Source: Lama guanicoe
Taxonomy: Eukaryota
Assembly: GCA_013239625.1 (NCBI GenBank)
Contig: MU056000.1
Coordinates: 12,351,175 to 12,411,174 of the forward strand
DNA: 60,000 bases
Direction of reading: 5' to 3'
Below the pieces are notes generated by a model, which made no database searches, was not told where the DNA came from, and saw only the letters and a list, made by a program, of their open reading frames with translations. Shown piece by piece: positions 1-10,380 of the stretch (position 1 is its first letter; each line of letters starts with the position of its first letter). The translations under genes were made by a program, and so were the position numbers.

Positions 1-699
1 CAGTTTCCAAACCAAAACAAAATGCTTCGATGGAGATTATTTTCCTCTTTTGGGAGATGTGATTTTTAAACAATGACCTTCACATCCTGCTTACACCAGT
101 TGTTAAAATTAGCATTTGGGGTTTTTGTTTTAGTCTCTCCTGGGCATAGGCTATGAAACCAACCACCTTTGTACATAGAACAACTTCATTCTAAGAAAAG
201 GGAAGTTGGGAATTTCCAAGCGTGGCTAAAAAATACAGGAATGTGAGGGCCCGGCTCTGACTCCCCCGGACAACCTTGAAGGTGCATCTCCTGGGGCTGT
301 GTGTCCCTCCCTCCCTTCCACAGTGTCACAGGTCCACGTGCGTTTGTGTACATTGATGGTGTTCTGGGGAGAGGCAGAAAGGAGAAAGCTTTGTGGACAC
401 AACGTTCCTCCACGATGCGCTGTGCAACCTCTATTCTGTTTTCTGAGGCTGAAAACAAAATGATCACCATTCACGGGGAGCAAAAGCACCAAACATCACC
501 CTGAAGCCCCTAAGAGAAATTTCATTGAAAACTTAATGTTATCAGTCTTGCAGAAGTCTCATTTCAACCCAAGCTTAGATTTGAAAATTTTTATTGTGTC
601 ATAGGGAACTTGTGTTCCATTATGATGGAGGGTGGGTGACTCATTTTAAAATACTGGCCATTGATGACGAGTTCAGGAGAAATCTCAGTTCTCAGAGGG

Positions 700-865
700 A
701 TGCATGTCTGAGTGTGGTCCCCAGACCGGCACGATCAGCATTACCTGGGAACTTGTCAAAAATGCACATTCTGGGCTCTCAGGTCCATGGAGTCAGACAC
801 TCAGGAAGCAGGGCCCAGAAACCTGCACTTTAATTGCCCTACAGGGGATACTGATGCAGGCATAC
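700..865. mobile_element. MER5A-like hAT-Charlie MITE remnant
   Basis: gtgtggtccccagacc...cagcattacctgggaacttgtcaaaatgcacattctgggc...gggcccagaaacctgcactttaa...gatactgatgca resembles the MER5A consensus. Confidence 0.75.
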
Positions 866-1934
866 TGATGTTGTCATAATTTCAACATTTTCAGTCTGTG
901 TCATTCCGAGTGTTTATTCTATGTAAAACTTGCTAGAAAGCCCTGTGACATTTTCCTTTTATGCAGTTCACGTTTCGGGATAATTCCCACAATTGAAACC
1001 CCACATCACAACAAGCCTTTCATTTGATAGCCTTGTCAACCGTTTTTCCCAATAGCACCATAAAAATGTTCTCTTTCCCACAAAGACAGGAGGGCCGTAA
1101 TAGAGGAAGGGGACAGAGTACCAGCAAGCAGTCTGCAGACAGGCTAACGTGTGGGCTCTTTATAACACTTGCCTTGTGGGCAGTGAGGGTCCCCGTCAGG
1201 CTAGGAGAAGACATTCCAGACATGGCAGACTCAGGACAAAGATGAGCTGAGTTCAGTACAGAAAGGTTCCTTCTCCAGGGACAGGATCATCACCTAAATG
1301 TGACAGGGTGTCTGTCCCTGCACCTGGCTTGGGGGCACTGTCGCTGGAAGGCCGAAGTCCCTTCCCAGTCGGTGTGCTGGAGAGCATGACCAGGCGAGCC
1401 TGTCTCTCCCCAGGGCAGTGCTCCGGACGCCGTGCTCGGGGATCTGCCGCGCAGTGGGAGAATTTACACCGAGGAAATTGGCAAACGCTGTGAGTGAGGA
1501 CTTGACATTTTGTGAGAGCTGGCTCACCAGCACAGCGCTGGATTTAGAGCACAGAGCGTCAAGTCACGAATGTATGACTCAGCTCATCTCCTCTGTAATA
1601 ATGGGAAATACTGTTTATTTTAGGATCAAGACTCACTTCATGCTTGTCTGGATGGGACTCCCACTGGGATTGAAAGCAAACTTGTTGGAGGATTTCTTCG
1701 TGCAGCTTGAATGTTGCTGTCCCGGCTTCTGTGATGAGGCCTCATCTCGGAGTCTGCAGGTACTCCTTCCTTGTCTCCAGCTCCCAGAACTGGCAGAGCT
1801 GTGGGCCCGGCCGTTCAGGGGTGACTACTCCATCCCCTTTTCAGCCTCTGTCGCCTCTTGTAGTCGGATCCACCATCAATCAGAGAACCAGAACTTTGAG
1901 TGAAAAGGTGATTTCCATTTTAATTTACAAAGTT

Positions 1935-2145
1935 AATGCTTACTAAGCACACATTGTGCTCCGGGCACTATGGGAATAAGTCTACAAACACAGCTTCATT
2001 TAGTGTTTACAGAAGCCCCCCAAAATGGGTACTCCTAGCCTCTCCATTTCCCAAGTGAGAAAGCTGAGACAGAGGTGAGTAAAAGCCAAGATCACAAACG
2101 ATTTGAACCTGGTGTGTCTGATCCTTGATCTTCCACATAGTGCTG
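1935..2145 (-). mobile_element. MIR SINE
   Basis: tactaagcac...ccatttcccaagtgagaaagctgagacagag...ccaagatcac...atttgaacctgg matches the antisense MIR core. Confidence 0.7.
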
Positions 2146-2147
2146 GC

Positions 2148-2182
2148 TTTTTTTTTTTTTTTTTTTTTTTTTTTTTGTTTTT
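2148..2182. repeat. poly-T tract
   Basis: ~30 consecutive T. Confidence 0.95.
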
Positions 2183-2259
2183 CACTTGATTATTTTTATA
2201 ATTTTGGGTGTTCTTTTTTGTGGTGGTTTCTAGAAAATTTTATTATTTTTTTTTTTGCT

Positions 2260-2370
2260 TGATGATCACCTACAGAGCTTTAAAAATCTGGAGATGCTGC
2301 TTTGGGCAGTGATTCAGAAATTCTGATTTATTGATTAAGGTGTTAGGCCCAGGAATTTTTGATAAGCTGT
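2260..2370. mobile_element. MER5-like MITE fragment
   Basis: gatcacctacagagctttaaaaat...cagaaattctgattta...ggcccaggaatttt. Confidence 0.5.
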
Positions 2371-2384
2371 TTAGAGGGGTAGCT

Positions 2385-2620
2385 AATTAGAAAATCCTCT
2401 CAGGGTTAGATACCTAGAAATGCCAGACAGAACATTACAGCATCCTTTTACATGTGTAATTGACCTCTTAAGGCAGGAATGAATATTCTCTGGGGCCAAA
2501 ATCAGAAAGAACTGAAATCCGGATGAGTAAACCTATGAGCTGGTTGTGAGGGTGTGCTTGGTGGCAGAGCACAGGGTGACAGAGGATGAGTGTAGCAGCC
2601 TAGCAATCAAGTAGGGGATG
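2385..2620 (+). mobile_element. possible HAL1/old L1 5' fragment
   Basis: agaaatgccagacagaacattacagcatcctttt...ggggccaaaatcagaaagaactgaaa resembles the recalled HAL1 5' region. Confidence 0.35.
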
Positions 2621-2664
2621 TTAAAAAGTTTATTTGGTGTTTGATGCACACAAAAGAACAGTGT

Positions 2665-2882
2665 TCTTTTAAATGTATGACTCAAGCTCATCCATGTTGT
2701 TAAAGATGTAGTCCCTCCACTTCATGGCCGTATAATATTCCATGATGTGACTGTACCACCAATTGCCTCCTCATTCTCCTGTCAGTGGACTTTTGGGAGG
2801 CTCAAATTTTTTACTCTTATGCATTTATGAACATACACACAAGTCTTCTGGTGCACATGTGCCCAATTTTCTCCAGGCATAG
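2665..2882 (-). mobile_element. old L1 (L1M) 3' fragment
   Basis: tcatccatgttgt...ataatattccatgatgtgactgtaccac...cattctcctgtcagtggac...ggtgcacatgtgc is typical antisense L1 3' sequence. Confidence 0.7.
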
Positions 2883-2884
2883 AA

Positions 2885-3835
2885 CACATTCAAAACGGAA
2901 GTCGTGATTCCTGCCCCTAGACTTGCTCTTCCCACTGTCTTCCCAGTGTCACTGAAAGTCAATGCCATCCTTCTGCTTGTTCAGGACAAACCTGTGGCAT
3001 CATCTGTACTCATTTCCTACAGCTGCTGTAACAAATGATCACAAGCTTGGTGGCTTAAAGCAACAACACATGTGTATCTTCTATTTTTTAGAATAGCAGT
3101 CCAACCCCGGTCTCATGGGGCTAAAACCCAGGTTGGCAGGACTGTGCTCCTTCTGGAGGCTGTAGAAGAGAATCCGTTTCCTTGCTCTTTCTGGCTTCTG
3201 GAGGCTGCCTGTGTTTCTGGGCACTTGGCCCCATTCCTCCATCTTCAAAGTCAGCATGGTTGGGCCATGTCTTTCTCAAGCTGCCGTCTCTCTGTCTGCT
3301 ACTTCCCTTGTCTACTTTGAAAGACCTCAGTGATTATATTGGACCTACTCAGATAATCCAGGATAATCTCCTTAAGGTCATCTGAGTAGCAACCTCAGTT
3401 CTGTCTAGAACTTTAATCCATTCCCCTTTGCCGTGTAACCCCATATATTCACAGGTTCAGGAATTAGGATGCAGGCATCTTTGGTGGACCATTTTTCTGC
3501 CACTATACCATCCTTGGTGATGATAAACCAGTCTGTTAGGAAGCCCTGCAGGCTCAGTTTTCAACAAAATTGAAAATCCAACCAGTTCTTACCATCCTGC
3601 AGCTATTGCTCCCTTGGTCCCATCCACCATCGTTTCTCCTGGGATTACTGCAATAGTCCATCTGCACAGCCTCGTCTCCATGTGTCAGCCATAATGAGCC
3701 TCTTAAAATGTGAGTCATGTCATGTGACTCTTCACACAAAACTCCCCAGAGTCTTTTCATGTGCTTAGAAGAAAAGCCCAGATGATTACAACAGCCACAC
3801 AGCACCCGGATACAAGTGTTCCGTCCCAGCCCCAA
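2885..3835 (+). mobile_element. L2 LINE fragment interrupted by an MLT1 LTR
   Basis: L2-like ttcccagtgtcactgaaagtcaatgccatccttc before 3004, resuming after 3510 with ccaccatcgtttctcctgggattactgcaatag...aaaatgtgagtcatgtcatgtgactc. Confidence 0.7.
3005..3510 (-). mobile_element. MLT1 (MaLR) solo LTR
   Basis: gctgctgtaacaaatgatcacaagcttggtggcttaaagcaaca...ctccttctggaggctgtagaagagaatccgtttccttgc...ataatccaggataatctcc...catatattcacaggttc. Confidence 0.85.
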
Positions 3836-4194
3836 CCTCTCTGTCTCCTCTTCTACTGCGGTCCCCGCCCATTGCCCACTCTTTACCTTTATCTTACTTT
3901 AAATTTGCTTATTGTTTTATGCCTCCTTCTTCTAAAAAGTGAGAGTAGAAATTTTTTAATTTGGGTTTTTCACAAGTATCAGCTCAAAGCCCAAAGCTCA
4001 TTATTTATACTAAGAACAATTTTTTTGTCCAAAGGGTTTGGACAGAGATGGGGCCCTGGGCCAGCAAGAGAGGGGAGGTAGAAATAGACCCACACATAAA
4101 TCTGAGGACCTGGAAATGATTGTTCCCACGGCCAAAGGTGATGCAAGGGATTTTGTCTGTCTTGGGCTGGGCTCCATCTCCTAGGAAGCAGTTC

Positions 4195-4372
4195 ACTGGT
4201 TGCCAGGGACTGGGGGGGGGGATGGGGAGTGACTGCCTAATGGATGCAGGGTCTCCTTTTAGGGCGATGGAAGTGTTCTAGAACTGGATAGTGGGGATGG
4301 TTGCATTACACTGTAAATGTACTAAATTGTACACTTGAAAATGGTTAGATTGTTGAAGTTTACTGCAATAAA
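4195..4372 (+). mobile_element. L1MB-like 3' UTR end
   Basis: tggttgccagggactgggg...gagtgactgcctaatgg...gttctagaactggatagtgg...ttgtacacttgaaaatggtta...caataaa. Confidence 0.85.
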
Positions 4373-4379
4373 GTCTCCT

Positions 4380-5160
4380 GAGAAATTATTACGACAGCCC
4401 TACTGCAGGTGGATTTGGAACTGAATTTATACCACCTATACGGTCAAGGGATTCCCAGAGCCGAGAAATTCACATAAGAAGTGGTGTCAGGTGCGTGGTA
4501 CTCCTTAGAGCTTTAAGAGAAGCAGATGCATCTGTAACTCTGGAGGAAGGAAATGCCCTCAGCACAGGCACTGCTGACATCCCAGGGGCAAATCCCCCCT
4601 GAAGATGAGCTCACGGTCCCGAATTCCACGTCCCACCAGGGAACAAACGTCAGCAGGTGAAACCAACAGCAGAGTGAGATGGCAGAGAACTCAGGACAAC
4701 AGAATCATAGGCTGGAAACCATAGAGTGTGTTTGAACCAATTAAAGACCAAAATAAACAAATAAATAGGAAACATGAAAGAAGAAAAAGCAGCAGCAATG
4801 CTCTATCAAGTAGATCAGGAATGTTTGAAAAAGAACAAAATAAAACTTTTAGAGATGAAAAACATTTTAAAAAATCTTAAACAATTGATCAAAGAGCCAC
4901 TTAGGCAGGGCTTAAGAGAGAAAGTCTGAGTGGGGAAGTCCATCTGTGGCATCTCTCTAGAATGGGACACAGAAAGAGAAGTGGGAGGTAGACATGGAGC
5001 ACAGGGTAGGAAGGTCTACGTTATCTGCAACAGAATTCCAGAAGAGACACAAGAGGATGGGGGGAAGCTAATATTTAAGAAACAACAAAGGAATTCCAAA
5101 AATTGATGAAAGATATCAGATTCAGGAAGCACAATGAGTCCTGAGCCAGAAAATTCTCCC
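4380..5160 (+). mobile_element. HAL1 / L1 ORF1-like degraded fragment
   Basis: A-rich decayed ORF1-type sequence: gaagatgagctcac..., aaaagaacaaaataaaacttttagagatgaaaa, aattccagaagaga, ttccaaaaattgatgaaagatatcagattcaggaagcacaatgagtcc; no intact frame. Confidence 0.6.
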
Positions 5161-5786
5161 AAAGGGTCCGTGATGCCCCTGAAGGCAGATCTCCAGCTCT
5201 TGAGGGGGTGGGGTCTTGACACACAGAAAGAGACCGAGGCAGTTCCACCGGGCATGGAACATACACAGGCTTCCCGGGGGGAGCACACTTTCTTCCCTTA
5301 CAAGTTTCCCTTTTATATGGCAAATAGTCATAGAGGGCTTTCTAGAAATATCTCAGAAAATTTTAAATATATGGGAGAACTAATTTTAAAAGTTGACTTC
5401 ACATCTTTTTGGGGGGAAGAAACACTGTTATTCAGAAGTCAGATTATTCACGCCTTGCTCTTGAAAGAGAATATGTTACATTCTGGGAAAAATTACAGAA
5501 GACGTAGAAGCAAGGTGCTTTAAGGATATTCTAATCATCGAGGGGTCATGAATGCATGTGTGAATATCATTATGAAAAGTGAATACACCCATGGTATATA
5601 CTGAGACACAGAGAGGCTGACTGAAGGGGACAAGGTAGGGGCTGACTGATTGAAAATATGCCGAGTCCTTTAATTCCTGAACCCTTGCCTGGGAAAAAGA
5701 TTGGGAAAAATCACAACGATCTGTTAATTGCAATTAAAGGACTAGTTTTTCATAGTATATATGGAAATGATCATTGATACAGGGCG

Positions 5787-6312
5787 TGTGGCAGACAGAG
5801 GGAGGCTGCAGATTTTCCTCCCATCAGGAGATGGGTCTATGTCACCCCTCCTGGAATCTGGGCAGCCCGGTGATTGCTCTGACTAATATTGAAGATGTGA
5901 TGCTGTACTAGCTTTTGAGCTCAGGACTTAAGAAACTGGCAGCTTCTGCTTCCTGGCTCTTGGAACACTTGCTCTTGGAGCCTCGAGCCACCACAGAAGA
6001 TATCTGGCTGCTCTGCTGCAACCACCGTGTGGAAAGACCCAGGCATCTGAGTGAAGCCTCCAAGACACCCCAGTCCAGTTCTGCTGCAGCTGAATCCCAC
6101 CTCGTGATGCTAGTCAGCGCCAGAGGGACTGCGCACTGTCCCGGCCAAGCCTGTGTCATAACGACTCAAACACAATGGGAACACGGAACTGTTCAGGAAG
6201 GAATTTTTTTCCTGATCAGTGGCCCTCCTCCACGTGGTGACTCAGGGATCAATAAAATGGTTTCCAGCCATTAATTTACATAGTATGTTACACTGCAGCA
6301 GATACCTGGAGC
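5787..6312 (+). mobile_element. MLT1 (F/G/H-type) solo LTR
   Basis: tgtggcaga...ctcccatcaggagatgggtctatgtcacccctcctggaatctgggc...cttaagaaactggcagcttctgcttcc...ataaaatgg...tgttacactgcagcagatac. Confidence 0.8.
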
Positions 6313-6508
6313 TGGGCCTTTGGATGCCACTTTGTCCCGTTCCCACCTCAGTCAGTGTCATGTTCTGGAATCTGGATGCTGATTTGGTAGCCTACTGAGA
6401 ATTTCGGCTTGGGCAACAGGCAGTATGAGCAATTGTCTTCTCGATACCGTTACATTTCTGGAGTGAATATCTTTTCTATATTCCCCTGCCATTATATCTA
6501 TATTGTCA

Positions 6509-6945
6509 CCAGGGCCAGCTTCACGGGCATGTGACCTTTGCAGTCACTCAGGGCCCCGTGCTCAGAAGGGCCTATGCTTGGTTTAGTCCTTTGCAGTTGT
6601 CATCTTAAAAGTCTTAAATATTTTGTCCTTGAACTTGCGTTTTGTTAGGTGAAGTCTGAGGGAACCATGGAGCGGAAGGGATGTGTGTAACACGCGTGTC
6701 CGCAGACGTTCCTTGTTGTCCCACGTGCAGGTACCTTTCAGGAGACCCTGTGGGCACAGATTCCAGTGGACACATGAGGTGTAGGTATTCACTGACACTC
6801 AAAGCAAGTCCAAGATAAGCATCTGATGTCCCCGGATGACTAAGCAGGGGGTACAGACAACCTGCGAAGTCATGGATTCTTTTGAAACTGGAATTTGCTT
6901 CGGCTGCAGAAGAAAAGTAATGCTCTAAGAAACATGAATGACTCA
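6509..6945 (+). mobile_element. Zaphod/MER91-family hAT-Tip100 DNA transposon 5' fragment
   Basis: cagggccagcttcacgggcatgtgacctttgcagtcactcagggccccgtgctcagaagggcc...tgtcatcttaaaagtcttaa matches the recalled MER91/Zaphod terminus. Confidence 0.7.
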
Positions 6946-7497
6946 AATGGGAAAGACTTCTGTTTTCTGTTCTGTGAAGTGTGGAATTTGTAACATGAGC
7001 TTCTCAAGTTGGTGATAGATAAACATTTTTGAATGTTGGTATCTCCGAGACCAGAGGAACTCTTGGGCAGAATGTGTTATCAGGCAGACCTGCCTGCAGC
7101 CATTTCAACATGGGTTCACCATGGGGGGGGTCTATGGAAAATCAGGGTGCTGCTTCATCCTGGACATTTAGCTCCTGAGTTAGGTGACTCTGCAACTTCA
7201 CGTGAAAGCTAAATTCTCGTGACATTGAAATGAAGGATGCACTTATATAGAAAAGGTAGTTTATCATCTCAAATTCAAACCTGTTAGAATTAAGGCTTTT
7301 GATTTTGAAGAAATGACCAGTCTTTAGCAGGGCAGGATGATAAGTTGGCTCATCCATAAAATCAGCCAGCAGTGATGTTAAGTAAACAGCTATGTAAGAG
7401 AGAGTTGGGGCTGTGAGGACGTATCTCAGTTCTCCGTGTAACACACTGTGCTTCTCAGCTTGATCAGGACTGTTTGGAGCATTTCAGAAATACAGGA

Positions 7498-7997
7498 CCA
7501 ACAATGCTTTGTGGACTTTGGAAATACTCAGCCATAAAAAAGAATAAAATAATGCCATTTGCTGCAACATGGATGAACCTGGAGACTGTCATACTAAGTG
7601 AAGTAAGCCAGAAAGAGAAAGAAAAATACCATATCATATCACTTATATGTGGAATCTTAACAAATGACACAAATGAACTTCTTTACAAAACAGAAACAGA
7701 CTCACAGACATAGAAAACAAACTTATGGTTACCAGGGAGGGAAGAAGGGGTGGAGGGACAAACTGGGAGTTTGGGACTGGCAGATATAAACTACAATGTA
7801 CAAAATAGATGAACAACAATTTCCTACTGTATAGCACAGGGGACTACTTACAATGTCTTATAATAATGTATAATGAAAAAGAATACGAAAAGATGAACAT
7901 ATATGTATGTATAACTGAAATACTATGCTGTACACCAAAAATTAATACAACATTGTAAGTTGACTATAATTTCAAAAATTAAAAAATTTAAAAAAAA
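7498..7997 (+). mobile_element. young 5'-truncated L1 (ORF2 C-terminus, 3' UTR, A-tail) with 12-bp TSD
   Basis: ORF 7474-7713 encodes YSAIKKNKIMPFAATWMNLETVILSEVSQKEKEKYHIISLICG (L1 ORF2p end); A-rich tail; perfect TSD agaaatacagga at 7486-7497 and 7998-8009. Confidence 0.95.
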
Positions 7998-8260
7998 AGA
8001 AATACAGGAGCAAAATTAGACAGCAGTAACTGAATGTAACACCAATGCCATCTATTGAAGAGTTGACCCTAACACTCACAGCAAACCTCATAGGAAAGGG
8101 GAGGTAGGTTCTTGTAAAGGTGATTTGGGTCTTCCCTGTGGGGGAAAACGGCACTACCATCTACCCACTTTCTCAAAACGTGCTGTCATCATGTTTTCTC
8201 TCTCTTTCATATTCCCTCTTTCAATCAACCCCTCGCCCCATCCAGTCTACCTTCTAAATA

Positions 8261-8485
8261 CAGTTGCCCCTTGAACAGCATGAGTTTGAACTGTGTAGGG
8301 CCCCTTGTATGCAGACGTTTTCCAACAGTGAATATTATAGTTCTGCACGATGCACGGTTGGTTGAATCCTCAGAGGCAGAACCCTGGACATGGAGGAACT
8401 GGATACAGAGGGCTGACTCTACTCAGAAATTGAACTTTGCTGATGGTCAGCACCCTTAACTCATCTGTTGTTCAAGGGTCAACTG
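8261..8485. mobile_element. Tigger2/MER8-type Tc1-mariner MITE, complete
   Basis: TIRs cagttgccccttgaaca ... tgttcaagggtcaactg, flanked by TA on both sides (8259-8260, 8486-8487). Confidence 0.9.
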
Positions 8486-8495
8486 TATTTTCCTA

Positions 8496-8738
8496 GGACA
8501 GTTTAACTGGCGTAGACTACTAACATGGTAAATCCCTGCTTTTTGTTTGATTTTTCTAAATGGAAAACCTTTAGATGAAGTGGGATGATAAATTATTCAC
8601 TGAGACACATAAGAGAACACAGAGCTTAGTAAACTTCCATCCAAGCTGAGAACTGAAGATCTGATATCTCTGAAAAAATCTGAAAATTAAGCGTGAGTCC
8701 TTCTCATTAATTGTAATTTTCCAGGCATGTTGCCCCAG
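8496..8738 (+). repeat. diverged direct repeat, copy 1 (partner 9923-10155)
   Basis: co-linear shared blocks tttaactgg, ctttagatgaagtgggat (18 nt identical), gaaaattaa, aggc(a/g)tgtt. Confidence 0.8.
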
Positions 8739-8798
8739 CTAAGGAGGATAACAAAGTTAACCTCTGGATCTGGAGTGTCTCGTTCAGATGCGTGACTA

Positions 8799-8836
8799 CT
8801 TCCCTAATCCGTGGCTCCTTCCCTAATCCGTGGCTC
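8799..8836 (+). repeat. perfect 19-bp tandem duplication
   Basis: (cttccctaatccgtggctc)x2. Confidence 0.95.
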
Positions 8837-9922
8837 CCACGGCGCTTGCTGGAGCAGTTCGGTCATCTTGTGAGTGCTGTCTCTCGTCCGCGTGAGCTCC
8901 CCTCCACTCCATTCTAGTGACAGGGGCCTATTTAAAGTGCACTCTGATCACTTCAACTCTAAGCACTTGTGTATGTTTGTATACACCTGCACGTGCATTT
9001 GAAACCAGTGTCTGTGGCTAAGCCCAGAAAGTACCAAGGTGGACGGCAGTGCAAAAGTGGGTCTCGCCCTCAGGGAGCTGACAAATTAACGGATGGATCT
9101 AAGTAACTTAATTTATTTGAGTGATTCAAAAAAGTTAAAAAATTCTCCTTATGTATTTTGTTAACTAACACTCGAATAACAACGCAGAATACAAATTTCT
9201 TTTTGCCGAAGTAAATAAACATTGTCAACAGCAAGACCTCACGGCAGGTTCACTTTATCCACAGAGGTGCCAAGTTTTGTTTCAAAGCTTTTGCATTCTT
9301 GTGGCAACTTGTATAACAATATGGCTGGAAACTAGTCAGCCCTGATGGTGTGGGAAAACCCAACACAGTTTATCAGATCTAAAATGCCAGAGATGAGAAT
9401 TCTGTTTTAAGTGTAGAGGTTACCAGCCCAGAGGGGATGCGAATGTCAAACTTCATACGTCTGTGTGAAGTAGTGCTTGTCCTTCAAAGAAGTTTTTAGT
9501 GGAGAAAGTGCTGGCTTTTCTTCTAGGACATGAAAAAGACCTGTCACCATTTGATATTTGACTGTTAACACTGCTGTCAGGATGCTAGAAGTTACACTGT
9601 ATATACTGATGCCTCACAATTTTTCATCGGAAGATAAAGTGAGTAATAATGGTATTATTCATAAGTGTATTTCCCCAGCATATCTGTGTGGGGTTCATCA
9701 AACTTGACCGTATAATGTGTTTGTTAGCTAAAGTTGATTATTTCTCAACAGTAGAAACAACTTCTGTTTTTCCTTAAAAATATTAGGAGTTGTGCAACTC
9801 CTGTCGATCTCCTTTCAATTTCCAGGACTTCATAAACTCTGAATGAATGATTTCTACTTTTGGGTGAAATAGATGTTTTATGCTCCTACACTGAGCTTCT
9901 AAGGCAAAGGGCAGAGCTGAAC

Positions 9923-10155
9923 AAGATATTTAACTGGGATGGAAAACTAAAGGAAATTCAGGCATTATTGTTTTCCCCCAGTTGAAAAATCTTTAGATGA
10001 AGTGGGATAAGAAATTACTGAGAACAACCCAGAGAATATAATGATCTAATAAGCTTTCGTAAGTTTAAGATTGAATACATAGAAATCTGAAAGGTTGGAA
10101 AATTAAATATGATTTTTTTTCTTTCAATTATGCTCTTCTAGGCGTGTTCCCCAAG
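9923..10155 (+). repeat. diverged direct repeat, copy 2 (partner 8496-8738)
   Basis: same co-linear blocks as copy 1. Confidence 0.8.
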
Positions 10156-10224
10156 TGAAAGGCAGTGCCACAGGATGGCTCAGGGCTGCTTGGTTGGCTC
10201 TGATATTCACACCCTGAGGGTCTG

Positions 10225-10380
10225 GACTTCACCTCCATTTGTCTCAGTTTGTTCATCTGTAAAATTGGTGGCATTAGCTGCGTGTCCCTCCTTGTGTTGT
10301 AAGGAGGATTAACTCCAATAACACAGGCAAAGCCCTTTGAATAGAGTCTGGCAGAACTTGGCTCAGTCAGTGGCTCTATA
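10225..10380 (+). mobile_element. MIR SINE
   Basis: gtctcagtttgttcatctgtaaaattgg...ttgtaaggaggattaa...aaagccctttgaatagagtctggca. Confidence 0.8.

Larger units (their letters stand above)
8135..8960 (+). mobile_element. fragmented L2 (approx. 8135-8260 and 8780-8960)
   Basis: aaacggcactaccatctaccca...tctaccttctaaata, and later ctccactccattct...tttaaagtgcactctgatcac, are successive L2-like segments. Confidence 0.45.

Noticed and set aside
1300..1560. CpG island / promoter (also 57450-57850)
   Set aside because: Only locally GC-rich with scattered CpGs; too short and sparse by eye, and no associated gene structure.
7474..7713. ORF with real-looking protein sequence
   Set aside because: It is the C-terminal remnant of L1 ORF2p in a 5'-truncated insertion, not a host gene.
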